From NCBI RefSeq assembly GCF_009914755.1, contig NC_060927.1: 64,000 nucleotides of DNA, one strand, 5' to 3'. This stretch comes from the human T2T-CHM13v2.0 reference genome, Homo sapiens. A program made the position numbers and the translations under genes. Positions 17,430 to 33,300 of this stretch are shown here, piece by piece; positions within the stretch are counted from its first letter, which is position 1, and every line of letters begins with the position of its first letter. The notes beneath the pieces were generated by a model. It saw nothing but the letters and a program-made list of their open reading frames with translations, did no database searches and was not told the origin of the DNA.

Positions 17430-18205
17430 GTGATTAGTTCAGGGAAAGAGAGGACAGGTATACATAATTTTACAATGCAGAGCAGCAGATGCCATATGGG
17501 AGAAATAAACATAAAATAATAATAGGGATTCAAAGGAAAAAAATCACATACAAAAAAGCTTAATGTAGGAGGTGGAATTTGACCTAAAAGGCAGAAAATA
17601 CCAGAACATTAGAGAGTTGCTATTCAGAGAAAAGAAAAAGAAAGTAATAAAACAAGAGCTGTGATAGAAAAAAAAGAACAGCTGAGCTTCACTCAAACCC
17701 AGGGGACATGTAGAGGGCGGAAAGAAACATGGCTTGGAAAGATGCTTGTGGACCAGGGCCACAGTATAAAGGACCTAAGGGCAAATGAAGTTTTGATTTT
17801 ATCCTGCGATCTATAGGGAGCCACAAGTGGTAAAACTGGGAATATTTTAGTGTATGATTACATTTGTTTTAAAAAGATAATAATATCCAGGAATATCCTG
17901 GATAATAATATCCAGGATTAGCGAGGGTGACAAGAGGAGGGACTGAAAAAGACTAATTGGGGGGTGGGTAGTAAAGGATCGAAGAAAGAGTAGATACCGA
18001 GCAGCTAGACAAGGACAGATTCGAGGGTCATTTTGATGGTAATGTTGACAGAGCTTAGTAACCTGTAAAATGTAGGCGTGAGGGTAAGAAGAAGAGCAAA
18101 GATGACCCGGTGCATAGCGCGGGTGTCAGGAAGACACTCCTCCACGGTTTTGGCATTATTTGGTGGGGAAAGTTTGAGTTTAGTTTTGTCCACATGGAGT
18201 TTAAA
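17430..18205 (-). mobile_element. Degenerate L2
   Basis: TTTTATCCTGCGATCTATAGGGAGCCAC and GAGTTTAGTTTTGTCCACATGGAGTTT, L2-like motifs. Confidence 0.6.
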
Positions 18206-18778
18206 CAAAACAATGTAAACTTAAGACCTGTTTTTTCTCAGATATCCTTTTGAAAAATTTTGCTTTGACTGCTGAGCTCCAAAATTAGCTCTGAGCTGTC
18301 TAGCTCTGTGCTCAAGTGTTTTGTTATGGGGCGTTGGAATATCGCCTTCCTACAAGACCTGCCATTTTACTGTCCAAAATTTCATGTAACAAAAAATAGG
18401 GGGTGGTGATTTAAAATTTTTTAGTAGCTTTTTTTTTTGCCACCAGTAGTTATTTTAATTTGCATTATAACTAAAATTTGGATGCAATCCCTATTGTTAA
18501 TAAGATGTCTGAACAAAGAACCATAAAGTTTGGGGTTCTAACAATATATACCAAAGCCTCTGACTCTGAAAAAGATTTCAGTTGTTGTGCCATCTGCTTG
18601 TAAACTAATTAATGGTTTAAAAATAGATGAACTTTTGAAGGCAAATAACATGAAAATAATGGAAAATATTAATATAGATCTCATAAACCTACAGCATAGA
18701 AAACAGTGATGTGTTTTAGGTATTGCATTAAGGAAAAAACCAGGCTGAGAAGATGCCACTATGAAATGCTTAACACTA

Positions 18779-19082
18779 GGGCTGGGTGCGGTGGCTCACA
18801 CCTGTAATCCCAGCACTTTGGGAGGCTGAGGCGGGCAGATGATGAGGTCAGGAGTTCGAGACCAGCCTGGCCAACATGGTGAAACCCCGTCTCTACTAAA
18901 AATACAAAAATTAGCCGGGCATGATGGTGGGCGCCTGTAATTCCAGCTACTCAGGAGGCCGAGGCAGGGAGAATTGCTTGAACCTGGGAGGCGGAGGTTG
19001 CAGTGAGCCGAGATTGCGCCACTGCACTCCAGCCTGGGCGACAGAGGAAGACTCCGTCTCGGAAAAAAAAAAAGAAAAAGAA
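18779..19082 (+). mobile_element. Alu (AluSg-like)
   Basis: full Alu; GAAATGCTTAACA repeated on both flanks. Confidence 0.95.
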
Positions 19083-19173
19083 ATGCTTAACATTATGTGC
19101 ATAGTATAATATGCACAGCTTTAGTGCCTACAGAAGCATAGGGAAAAAATAACATGCACAGATAAGGAGGTAG

Positions 19174-19588
<415 letters not shown>

Positions 19589-19775
19589 TTGGTTGGGTAC
19601 TTTCATAATTCTTTTTTCAAACTTATTACTGGTGATTAATTTTTAAACAGTATCTAGTAATGTGAGCACTCGTCCTATTTATGAGGTGAAACTTCTCATA
19701 TCCTATACTTAATAATTTCTAAAATATAAACATACAAATCCCTGCCGTATCTTGTCTATTCTGTCTCTGTCTTCG

Positions 19776-20017
19776 TTTTCTTTTTTCTTTTCTTTCTTTC
19801 TTTCTTTCTTTTTTTTGAGACGGCCTCTCTCTCTGTCGCCCAGGCTGGAGTGCAGTGGCGCAACCTCAGCTCCCCGCGATCTCCGCCTCCCGGGTTCAAG
19901 CGGTTCTCGTGGCTTAGCTTCCCGAGCAGCTGGTCTCAAACTCCTGGCCTCATGTGATCCCCCCTCACCCGCCTTCCAAAGTGCTGGGATTACAGGCGTG
20001 AGCTACAGTGCCCGGCC
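19776..20017 (-). mobile_element. Alu with internal deletion
   Basis: right arm joins left arm at GCAGCTGG|TCTCAAACTCC; linker missing. Confidence 0.88.
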
Positions 20018-20381
20018 TCTGTCTTCACTTTCACAACTAAACTTTTTAAACAAGCTACCTATACATGCAGTATCCCTTTCCACACCTTCCACTCATTCCT
20101 CAGCCCCGTGCAATGTGGCTTGCTACCCTCAAAAGGCCAATGAGGACACTCTCACTAAGATCACCAGTGATCTAGGTGACCCTGAATCTAGCGAAGTCTT
20201 TCTCATGTTAGCTCTGTTGTTTTGAGGATTAAATGAACTAATTCATGTAATACGCTTAGTAGAGTATCTGAAATGTTCAAGATACGTTCTAAACTTCTAT
20301 CTTGTATTGGTCTATCCACATCTTCTGAATATAGGTAAATCCAGCAAGTGGATCTTTTTGTCATTTAAAAAACTTGAAGTA

Positions 20382-20660
20382 GGCTGCACATGGTAGTTCA
20401 TGCCTGTAATATCAGCACTTTGGGAGGCTGAGGCAGGAGGTTCACTTGAGGCCAAGAGTTTGAGACCAGCCTGGCCAACATGGCGAGACATCGTCTCTAC
20501 AAAAAATTTTAGAAATTAGGCGTGGTGGTGTGCACCTGTGGTCCCAGCTACTCTGGAGGTTGAGGCAGGAGGATCACCTGAGCCTGGGAGGTTAAGGCTG
20601 CAGTGAGCTGTGATTGCACCACGCATTCTAGGCTGGGAGACAGAGTGAGACCCTGAAAAA
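20382..20660 (+). mobile_element. Alu (AluJ-type)
   Basis: GGAGGATCACCTGAGCCTGGGAGGTTAAGGCTGCAGTGAGCTGTGATT. Confidence 0.92.
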
Positions 20661-21053
20661 GAAAGAAAGAGAGAAACAGAGAGAAAGAGAAGGTGGGGGA
20701 GGGAGGGAGGGAAGGAAGGAAGGAAGGAGAAAGAAAGAGGAGGAAAGGAGGGAAGGAAGAGAGAGAGGAAGGAGAGGAGAGGAGGAGATGACAGGGGAGG
20801 GGAGGACAGGGGAGGGGAGGAGAGGAGAGGGGAGGGGAGGAGAGGGGAGGGGAGGAGAGGGGAGGGGAGGGGAGGGGAGGAGAGGAGGGGGGAGGAGAGG
20901 AGAGGGGAGGGGAGGGGAGGAGAGGGGAGGGGAGGGGAGGGGAGGGGAGGAGAGGAGGGGGGGAGGGGAGGGGAGGAGAGGAGAGGGGGGGAGGGGAGGA
21001 GAGGAGAGGGGAGGAGGGGAGGGGAGGGGAGGGGAGGGGAGAGGAGAGGAAAA
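20657..21053. repeat. ~400-bp polypurine (GGGGA/GGAGA)n tract
   Basis: almost only G and A; continuous with the AluJ tail. Confidence 0.95.
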
Positions 21054-21056
21054 GTC

Positions 21057-21667
<611 letters not shown>

Positions 21668-21865
21668 TCATCACATTTTTACTCACTTGCATTTACATAA
21701 AAAATCTAGAAGATCTCGAAAAGAAGAATACACCCTTCTGTTTTAATTTTTTAAATTAACAAATAAAATTATATATTTATGGTATGTACACACATTTTTG
21801 ATTTATGTATATACATCGTGGAATAGTTAAATCAAACTAACACATCCATCACCTCATATACTTAG

Positions 21866-22235
<370 letters not shown>

Positions 22236-22307
22236 AAAACACTGTTATTAACTATAGTCACCATATTTAACAACAGATTACCCCAAGTTATTCCTTCATC
22301 TAACTGA

Positions 22308-22730
<423 letters not shown>

Positions 22731-23254
22731 CATTCTACTCTTTACTTCTGAGTTTGACTTTTTTAGATTCCACACGTAAGTGGGGTCATGCAGTATTTGC
22801 ATTTCTGTGCCTGGCTTATTTCACTTAACATATGTCCTCCACGTTCATCCATGTCCTTGCAAATGACAGCATTTCTTTTTTAAGGCTGAATAATATTCCA
22901 CTGTGTATATACACCACATTTTCTTTATACATTCAACTGTTGGTGGACACTTACATCTCTTCAACATACCAGTTTCATTTGCTTTGGATATATACCCAGA
23001 AATGGAATTGCTGGATCATACAGTAGTTCTATTTTTAATTATTTGAGGAAGCTTCATATGGTTTCCCATAATGGTTGTACCAATTTATATTCCCCAAACA
23101 GTTTACAAGGGTTCTCTTTTCTCCACATCCTCATCAACATTTATCTCTTATTTTTAATTCTTCAGAGAATTCTCATCAACATATGTAATACTATTTTTCC
23201 AGAATCTGGGCAAAAAAGAAAGCTAAGTGTTCAAAGTATAGTTCTCAAAATTCA

Positions 23255-24392
23255 TTCAAGAGAAAGAAAACAAGCCACATACTGGGAGAATATATTTGCA
23301 AAAGATTTATATGATAAAGGACTGTTATCCAACATATACAAAGAACTCTTAAAGCTCAACAATAATAAAACAACCAGCTGGGCATGGTGGCTCACGCTTG
23401 TGATCCCAGCACTGTGGGAAGTGTGAAGATTGCTTCAGCCCAGGAGTTGGAGACCAGCCTGGGTAACATAGTGAGACCTTGGCTCTACAAAAAAATCTAA
23501 AAATTGGCTGGGTGTGGTGGCTCACATTTGTAATCCCAATAGTTTGGGAGGCTGAGGTGGGAGGATTGCTTGAGCTCAGGAGTTTGAGACCAGCCTGGAC
23601 AACATGGTGAAACCCCATCTCTACAAGAAAAACAAAAATTAGCCAAGCACAGTGGCGCATGCCTGTAGTTCCAGCTACTTGGGAGGCTGAGGTGGGAGGA
23701 TTGCTTGAGTCTGGAGGTTGTGGGTGTGCAGTGAGCCGTGATTGTGCCACTGCACTCCAGTCTGGACGACAGCAAGACCTTGTTTCTTAAAAAAAAAAAA
23801 AAAAGCTCCACATCACATATCATCTGGGAAATGCAAATCATTAGTGTGGCTAAAACCCAGAACACTTATAACACTAAATGCTGACAAGGATGTGGAGCAA
23901 TAGGAACTCTCATTTATTGCTGGTGGGAAAATGGTTCAGGTGCATTGGAAGATAGCTTGGCAGATTCTTACAAAACTAAATAAAACTCTGACTGTATGAT
24001 CCAGCAACTGCACTCCTTTGTATTTACCCAAAAGAGCTGTACACGTTAAAACCTGTACACAGATGTTTGCAGCAGCTTTATTCATAATCTCCAAAACTTA
24101 TAAGCAACCAAGATGTCCTCCGGTGGATTAATGGATAAACTATGGTATATACCGAAAACGGAATAACACTCAGTGTTAAAAAGAAATGAGCTATCCAGCC
24201 ATGAAAAGATACGGAGGAAGCTGAAACGCATATTACTATGTGAAAGAAGTCAATCTGAAAAGGCGATATACTGTATGATTCCAACTAGAGGACATTCTGG
24301 AAAAGGCAAAATTATGGAACTAACAAAAAGCCCAGTGGTTGCCAGGGGTTGGGAGGAGGAAGGAATGAATCAGTGGAGAGGATTTTTAGGGC
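23255..24392 (+). mobile_element. L1MC (L1MC1/2-like) ORF2 end and 3' UTR, left part
   Basis: remnant peptide [31 protein letters not shown] resembles the L1 ORF2p C-terminus; ends GGATTTTTAGGGC. Confidence 0.88.
23375..23803 (+). mobile_element. Alu monomer plus AluJ inside L1MC
   Basis: two Alu heads (~23375 and 23505), poly-A to 23803. Confidence 0.9.
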
Positions 24393-27300
24393 AGCGAAGC
24401 TCGTCTGTGCGATATCACAGTGGCAGATACAGGGAAGCTGCTCTGTATGATATCACAGTGGTAGATATAGTGAAGCTCCTCTGTGCGATATCACAGTGGT
24501 GGATACAGGGAAGCTCCTCTGTGCGATATCACAGTGGTAGATATAGTGAAGCTCCTCTGTGTGATATCACAGTGGTAGATACAGGGAAGCTGCTCTGTAT
24601 GATATCACAGTGGTAGATATAGTGAAGCTCCCCTGTATGATATCACAGTGGTAGATACACTGAAGCTCCTCTGTATGATATCACAGTGGTAGATATAGTG
24701 AAGCTCCTCTGTGCGATATCACAGCGGTAGATATAGTGAAGATCCTCTGTGTGATATCACAGTGGTAGATATAGTGAAGCTCCTCTGTATGATATCACAG
24801 TGGTAGATATAGTGAAGCTCCTCTGTGTGATATCACAGTGGTGGATATAGTGAAGCTCCTCTGTGTGATATCACAGTGGTGGATATAGTGAAGCTCCTCT
24901 GTGTGATATCACAGTGGTGGATATAGTGAAGCTCCTATATATGATACCACAGTGGTAGATACAGTGAAGCTCCTCTGTATGATATCACAGTGGTAGATAT
25001 AGTGAAGCTCCTCTGTGCGATATCACAGCGGTAGATATAGTGAAGTGTGATATCACAGTGGTGGATATAGTGAAGTTCCTCTGTGCGATATCACAGTGGT
25101 GGATATAGTGAAGCTGCTATATATGATACCACAGTGGTAGATACAGTGAAGCTCCTCTGTATTATATCACAGTGGTAGATATAGTGAAGCTCCTCTGTGT
25201 GATATCACAGTGGTGGATATAGTGAAGCTCCTCTGTGTGATATCACAGTGGTGGATATAGTGAAGCTCCTCTGTGCGATATCACAGTGGTGGATATAGTG
25301 AAGCTCCTATATATGATACCACAGTGGTAGATACAGTGAAGCTCCTCTGTATGATATCACAGTGGTAGATACAGTGAAGCTCCTGTGTGTGATATCACAG
25401 TGGTACATACAGTGAAGCTCCTATATATGATACCACAGTGGTAGATACAGTGAAGCTCCTCTGTATGATATCACAGTGGTAGATATAGTGAAGCTCCTAT
25501 ATATGATACCACAGTGGTAGCTACAGGGAAGCTCCTCTGTATGATATCACAGTGGTAAATATAGTGAAGCTCCTCTGTGCGATATCACAGCGGTAGATAT
25601 AGTGAAGCTCCTCTGTGTGATATCACAGTGGTGGATATAGTGAAGCTCCTCTGTGCGATATCACAGTGCTGGATATAGTGAAGCTCCTATATATGATATC
25701 ACAGTGGTAGATACAGTGAAGCTCCTCTGTATGATATCACAGTGGTAGATACAGTGAAGCTCCTGTGTGTGATATCACAGTGGTACATATAGTGAAGCTC
25801 CTATATATGATACCACAGTGGTAGATACAGTGAAGCTCCTCTGTATGATATCACAGTGGTAGATATAGTGAAGCTCCTTTGTGTGATATCACAGTGGTAG
25901 ATACAGTGAAGCTCCTGTGTGTGATATCACAGTGGTACATACAGTGAAGCTCCTATATATGATACCACAGTGGTAGATACAGTGAAGCTCCTCTGTATGA
26001 TATCACAGTGGTAGATATAGTGAAGCTCCTATATATGATACCACAGTGGTAGATACAGTGAAGCTCCTCTCTATGATATCACAGCGGTAGATATAGTGAA
26101 GCTCCTCTGTGCGATATCACAGCGGTAGATATAGTGAAGCTCCTTTGTGTGATATCACAGTGGTGGATATAGTGAAGCTCCTGTGTGTGATATCACAGTG
26201 GTACATATAGTGAAGCTCCTCTGTATGATATCACAGTGGTACATACACTAAAGCTGCTCTGTATGATATCACAGTGGTAGCTATAGCACAGCTCCTCTGT
26301 GTGATATCACAGTGGTAGATACAATGAAGCTCCTCTGTGTGATATCACAGTGGTAGATATAGTGAAGGTCCCCTGTATGATATCACAGTGGTGGATATAG
26401 TGAAGCTCCTCTGTATGATATCACAGTGGTCGATATAGTAAAGCTCCTCTGTGTGATATCACAGTGGTAGATACAGTGAAGCTCCTCTGTGTGATATCAC
26501 AGTGGTACATATAGTGAAGCTCCTCTGTGTGATATCACAGTGGTAGATACACTGAAGCTGCTCTGTATGATATCACAGTGGTAGCTATAGCACAGCTCCT
26601 CTGTGTGATATCACAGTGGTAGATACAATGAAGCTCCTCTGTGTGATATCACAGTGGTAGATACAGTGAAGCTCCTCTGTGTGATATCACAGTGGTGGAT
26701 ATAGTGAAGCTCCACTGTATGATATCACAGTGGTCGATATAGTGAAGCTGCTCTGTGTGATATCACAGTGGGAGATATAGTGAAGCTCCTCTGTATGATA
26801 TCACAGTGGTGGATATAGTGAAGCTCCTCTGTGCGATATCACAGTGGTGGATACAGGGAAGCTGCTCTGTATGATATCACAGTGGTAGATATAGTGAAGC
26901 TCCCCTGTATGATATCACAGTGGTAGATACAGTGAAGCTCCTCTGTATGATATCACAGTGGTAGATATAGTGAAGCTCCTCTGTGCGATATCACAGCGGT
27001 AGATATAGTGAAGATCCTCTGTGTGATATCACAGTGGTAGATATAGTGAAGCTCCTCTGTGTGATATCACAGTGGTGGATATAGTGAAGCTCCTCTGTGT
27101 GATATCACAGTGGTGGATATAGTGAAGCTCCTCTGTGTGATATCACAGTGGTGGATATAGTGAAGCTCCTATATATGATACCACAGTGGTAGATACAGTG
27201 AAGCTCCTCTGTATGATATCACAGTGGTAGATATAGTGAAGCTCCTCTGTGCGATATCACAGCGGTAGATATAGTGAAGCTCCTCTGTGTGATATCACAG

Positions 27301-30300
27301 TGGTGGATATAGTGAAGCTCCTCTGTGCGATATCGCAGTGGTGGATATAGTGAAGCTGCTATATATGATACCACAGTGGTAGATACAGTGAAGCTCCTCT
27401 GTATGATATCACAGTGGTAGATATAGTGAAGCTCCTCTGTGTGATATCACAGAGGTGGATATAGTGAAGCTCCTCTGTGTGATATCACAGTGGTGGATAT
27501 AGTGAAGCTCCTATATATGATACCACAGTGGTAGCTACAGTGAAGCTCCTCTGTATGATATCACAGTGGTAGATATAGTGAAGCTCCTCTGTGCGATATC
27601 ACAGCGGTAGATATAGTGAAGCTCCTCTGTGTGATATCACAGTGGTGGATATAGTCAACCTCCTCTGTGCGATATCACAGTGGTGGATATAGTGAAGCTC
27701 CTATATATGATACCACAGTGGTAGATACAGTGAAGCTCCTCTGTATGATATCACAGTGGTAGATACAGTGAAGCTCCTGTGTGTGATATCACAGTGGTAC
27801 ATATAGTGAAGCTCCTATATATGATACCACAGTGGTAGATACAGTGAAGCTCCTCTGTATGATATCACAGTGGTAGATATAGTGAAGCTCCTCTGTGTGA
27901 TATCACAGTGGTAGATACAGTGAAGCTCCTGTGTGTGATATCACAGTGGTACATATAGTGAAGCTCCTATATATGATACCACAGTGGTAGATACAGTGAA
28001 GCTCCTCTGTATGATATCACAGTGGTAGATATACTGAAGCTCCTATATATGATACCACAGTGGTAGATACAGTGAAGCTCCTCTCTATGATATCACAGCG
28101 GTAGATATAGTGAAGCTCCTCTGTGCGATATCACAGTGGTAGATATAGTGAAGCTCCCCTGTGTGATATCACAGTGGTGGATATAGTGAAGCTCCTCTGT
28201 GCGATATCACAGTGGTGGATATAGTGAAGCTCCTATATATGATACCACAGTGGTAGATACAGTGAAGCTCCTCTGTATGATATCACAGTGGTAGATATAG
28301 TGAAGCTCCTATATATGATACCACAGTGGTAGATACAGTGAAGCTCCTCTGTATGATATCACAGTGGTAGATATAGTGAAGCTCCTCTGTGCGATATCAC
28401 AGCGGTAGATATAGTGAAGCTCCTCTGTGTGATATCACAGTGGTGGATATAGTGAAGCTCCTCTGTGCGATATCACAGTGGTGGATATAGTGAAGCTCCT
28501 ATATATGATACCACAGTGGTAGATACAGTGAAGCTCCTCTGTATGATATCACAGTGGTAGATATAGTGAAGCTCCTATATATGATACCACAGTGGTAGAT
28601 ACAGTGAAACTCCTCTGTATGATAGCACAGTGGTAGATATAGTGAAGCTCCTCTGTGTGATATCACAGTGGTAGATACAGTGAAGCTCCTGTGTGTGATA
28701 TCACAGTGGTACATATAGTGAAGCTCCTATATATGATATCACAGTGGTAGATACAGTGAAGCTCCTCTGTATGATATCACAGTGGTAGATATAGTGAAGC
28801 TCCTCTGTGTGATATCACAGTGGTAGATACAGTGAAGCTCCTGTGTGTGATATCACAGTGGTACATATAGTGAAGCTCCTCTGTATGATATCTCAGTGGT
28901 ACATACACTAAAGCTGCTCTGTATGATATCACAGTGGTAGCTATAGCACAGCTCCTCTGTGTGATATCACAGTGGTATATACAATGAAGCTCCTCTGTGT
29001 GATATCACAGTGGTAGATATAGTGAAGGTCCCCTGTATGATATCACAGTGGTGGATATAGTGAAGCTCCTCTGTATGATATCACAGTGGTCGATATAGTA
29101 AAGCTCCTCTGTGTGATATCACACTGGTAGATACAGTGAAGCTCCTCTGTGTGATATCACAGTGGTACATATAGTGAAGCTCCTCTGTGTGATATCACAG
29201 TGGTAGATACACTGAAGCTGCTCTGTATGATATCACAGTGGTAGCTATAGCACAGCTCCTCTGTGTGATATCACAGTGGTAGATACAATGAAGCTCCTCT
29301 GTGTGATATCACAGTGGTAGATACAGTGAAGCTCCTCTGTGTGATATCACAGTGGTGGATATAGTGAAGCTCCACTGTATGATATCACAGTGGTCGATAT
29401 AGTGAAGCTGCTCTGTGTGATATCACAGTGGTAGATATAGTGAAGCTCCTCTGTATGATATCACAGTGGTGGATATAGTGAAGCTCCTCTGTGCGATATC
29501 ACAGTGGTGGATACAGGGAAGCTGCTCTGTATGATATCACAGTGGTAGATATAGTGAAGCTCCCCTGTATGATATCACAGTGGTAGATACAGTGAAGCTC
29601 CTCTGTATGATATCACAGTGGTAGATATAGTGAAGCTCCTCTGTGCGATATCACAGCGGTAGATATAGTGAAGATCCTCTGTGTGATATCACAGTGGTAG
29701 ATATAGTGAAGCTCCTCTGTGTGATATCACAGTGGTGGATATAGTGAAGCTCCTCTGTGTGATATCACAGTGGTGGATATAGTGAAGCTCCTCTGTGTGA
29801 TATCACAGTGGTGGATATAGTGAAGCTCCTATATATGATACCACAGTGGTAGATACAGTGAAGCTCCTCTGTATGATATCACAGTGGTAGATATAGTGAA
29901 GCTCCTCTGTGCGATATCACAGCGGTAGATATAGTGAAGCTCCTCTGTGTGATATCACAGTGGTGGATATAGTGAAGCTCCTCTGTGCGATATCGCAGTG
30001 GTGGATATAGTGAAGCTGCTATATATGATACCACAGTGGTAGATACAGTGAAGCTCCTCTGTATGATATCACAGTGGTAGATATAGTGAAGCTCCTCTGT
30101 GTGATATCACAGAGGTGGATGTAGTGAAGCTCCTCTGTGTGATATCACAGTGGTGGATATAGTGAAGCTCCTATATATGATACCACAGTGGTAGCTACAG
30201 TGAAGCTCCTCTGTATGATATCACAGTGGTAGATATAGTGAAGCTCCTCTGTGCGATATCACAGCGGTAGATATAGTGAAGCTCCTCTGTGTGATATCAC

Positions 30301-33300
30301 AGTGGTGGATATAGTCAACCTCCTCTGTGCGATATCACAGTGGTGGATATAGTGAAGCTCCTATATATGATACCACAGTGGTAGATACAGTGAAGCTCCT
30401 CTGTATGATATCACAGTGGTAGATACAGTGAAGCTCCTGTGTGTGATATCACAGTGGTACATATAGTGAAGCTCCTATATATGATACCACAGTGGTAGAT
30501 ACAGTGAAGCTCCTCTGTATGATATCACAGTGGTAGATATAGTGAAGCTCCTCTGTGTGATATCACAGTGGTAGATACAGTGAAGCTCCTGTGTGTGATA
30601 TCACAGTGGTACATATAGTGAAGCTCCTATATATGATACCACAGTGGTAGATACAGTGAAGCTCCTCTGTATGATATCACAGTGGTAGATATACTGAAGC
30701 TCCTATATATGATACCACAGTGGTAGATACAGTGAAGCTCCTCTCTATGATATCACAGCGGTAGATATAGTGAAGCTCCTCTGTGCGATATCACAGCGGT
30801 AGATATAGTGAAGCTCCCCTGTGTGATATCACAGTGGTGGATATAGTGAAGCTCCTCTGTGCGATATCACAGTGGTGGATATAGTGAAGCTCCTATATAT
30901 GATACCACAGTGGTAGATACAGTGAAGCTCCTCTGTATGATATCACAGTGGTAGATATAGTGAAGCTCCTATATATGATACCACAGTGGTAGATACAGTG
31001 AAGCTCCTCTGTATGATATCACAGTGGTAGATATAGTGAAGCTCCTCTGTGCGATATCACAGCGGTAGATATAGTGAAGCTCCTCTGTGTGATATCACAG
31101 TGGTGGATATAGTGAAGCTCCTCTGTGCGATATCACAGTGGTGGATATAGTGAAGCTCCTATATATGATACCACAGTGGTAGATACAGTGAAGCTCCTCT
31201 GTATGATATCACAGTGGTAGATATAGTGAAGCTCCTATATATGATACCACAGTGGTAGATACAGTGAAACTCCTCTGTATGATAGCACAGTGGTAGATAT
31301 AGTGAAGCTCCTCTGTGTGATATCACAGTGGTAGATACAGTGAAGCTCCTGTGTGTGATATCACAGTGGTACATATAGTGAAGCTCCTATATATGATATC
31401 ACAGTGGTAGATACAGTGAAGCTCCTCTGTATGATATCACAGTGGTAGATATAGTGAAGCTCCTCTGTGTGATATCACAGTGGTAGATACAGTGAAGCTC
31501 CTGTGTGTGATATCACAGTGGTACATATAGTGAAGCTCCTCTGTATGATATCTCAGTGGTACATACACTAAAGCTGCTCTGTATGATATCACAGTGGTAG
31601 CTATAGCACAGCTCCTCTGTGTGATATCACAGTGGTATATACAATGAAGCTCCTCTGTGTGATATCACAGTGGTAGATATAGTGAAGGTCCCCTGTATGA
31701 TATCACAGTGGTGGATATAGTGAAGCTCCTCTGTATGATATCACAGTGGTCGATATAGTAAAGCTCCTCTGTGTGATATCACACTGGTAGATACAGTGAA
31801 GCTCCTCTGTGTGATATCACAGTGGTACATATAGTGAAGCTCCTCTGTGTGATATCACAGTGGTAGATACACTGAAGCTGCTCTGTATGATATCACAGTG
31901 GTAGCTATAGCACAGCTCCTCTGTGTGATATCACAGTGGTAGATACAATGAAGCTCCTCTGTGTGATATCACAGTGGTAGATACAGTGAAGCTCCTCTGT
32001 GTGATATCACAGTGGTGGATATAGTGAAGCTCCACTGTATGATATCACAGTGGTCGATATAGTGAAGCTGCTCTGTGTGATATCACAGTGGTAGATATAG
32101 TGAAGCTCCTCTGTATGATATCACAGTGGTGGATATAGTGAAGCTCCTGTGTGCGATATCACAGTGGTGGATACAGGGAAGCTGCTCTGTATGATATCAC
32201 AGTGGTAGATATAGTGAAGCTCCCCTGTATGATATCACAGTGGTAGATACAGTGAAGCTCCTCTGTATGGTATCACAGTGGTAGATATAGTGAAGCTCCT
32301 CTGTGCGATATCACAGCGGTAGATATAGTGAAGATCCTGTGTGATATCACAGTGGTAGATATAGTGAAGCTCCTCTGTATGATATCACAGTGGTAGATAT
32401 AGTGAAGCTCCTCTGTGTGATATCACAGTGGTGGATATAGTGAAGCTCCTCTGTGTGATATCACAGTGGTGGATATAGTGAAGCTCCTATATATGATACC
32501 ACAGTGGTAGATACAGTGAAGCTCCTCTGTATGATATCACAGTGGTAGATATAGTGAAGCTCCTCTGTGCGATATCATAGCGGTAGATATAGTGAAGCTC
32601 CTCTGTGTGATATCACAGTGGTGGATATAGTGAAGCTCCTCTGTGCGATACCACAGTGGTGGATATAGTGAAGCTGCTATATATGATACCACAGTGGTAG
32701 ATACAGTGAAGCTCCTCTGTATGATATCACAGTGGTAGATATAGTGAAGCTCCTCTGTGTGATATCACAGTGGTGGATATAGTGAAGCTCCTCTGTGTGA
32801 TATCACAGTGGTGGATATAGTGAAGCTCCTATATATGGTACCACAGTGGTAGCTACAGTGAAGCTCCTCTGTATGATATCACAGTGGTAGATATAGTGAA
32901 GCTCCTCTGTGCGATATCACAGCGGTAGATATAGTGAAGCTCCTCTGTGTGATATCACAGTGGTGGATATAGTGAAGCTCCTCTGTGCGATATCACAGTG
33001 GTGGATATAGTGAAGCTCCTATATATGATACCACAGTGGTAGATACAGTGAAGCTCCTCTGTATGATATCACAGTGGTAGATACAGTGAAGCTCCTGTGT
33101 GTGATATCACAGTGGTACATATAGTGAAGCTCCTATATATGATACCACAGTGGTAGATACAGTGAAGCTCCTCTGTATGATATCACAGTGGTAGATATAG
33201 TGAAGCTCCTCTGTGTGATATCACAGTGGTAGATACAGTGAAGCTCCTGTGTGTGATATCACAGTGGTACATATAGTGAAGCTCCTATATATGATACCAC

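Noticed and set aside
26853-32172. Exact assembly duplication explaining HOR copies 2 and 3
   Set aside because: The copies differ at some sites (GGATATAG at ~27461 vs GGATGTAG at ~30121; CAGTGG at ~28137 vs CAGCGG at ~30797), favouring a real recent duplication. Read support is still needed.
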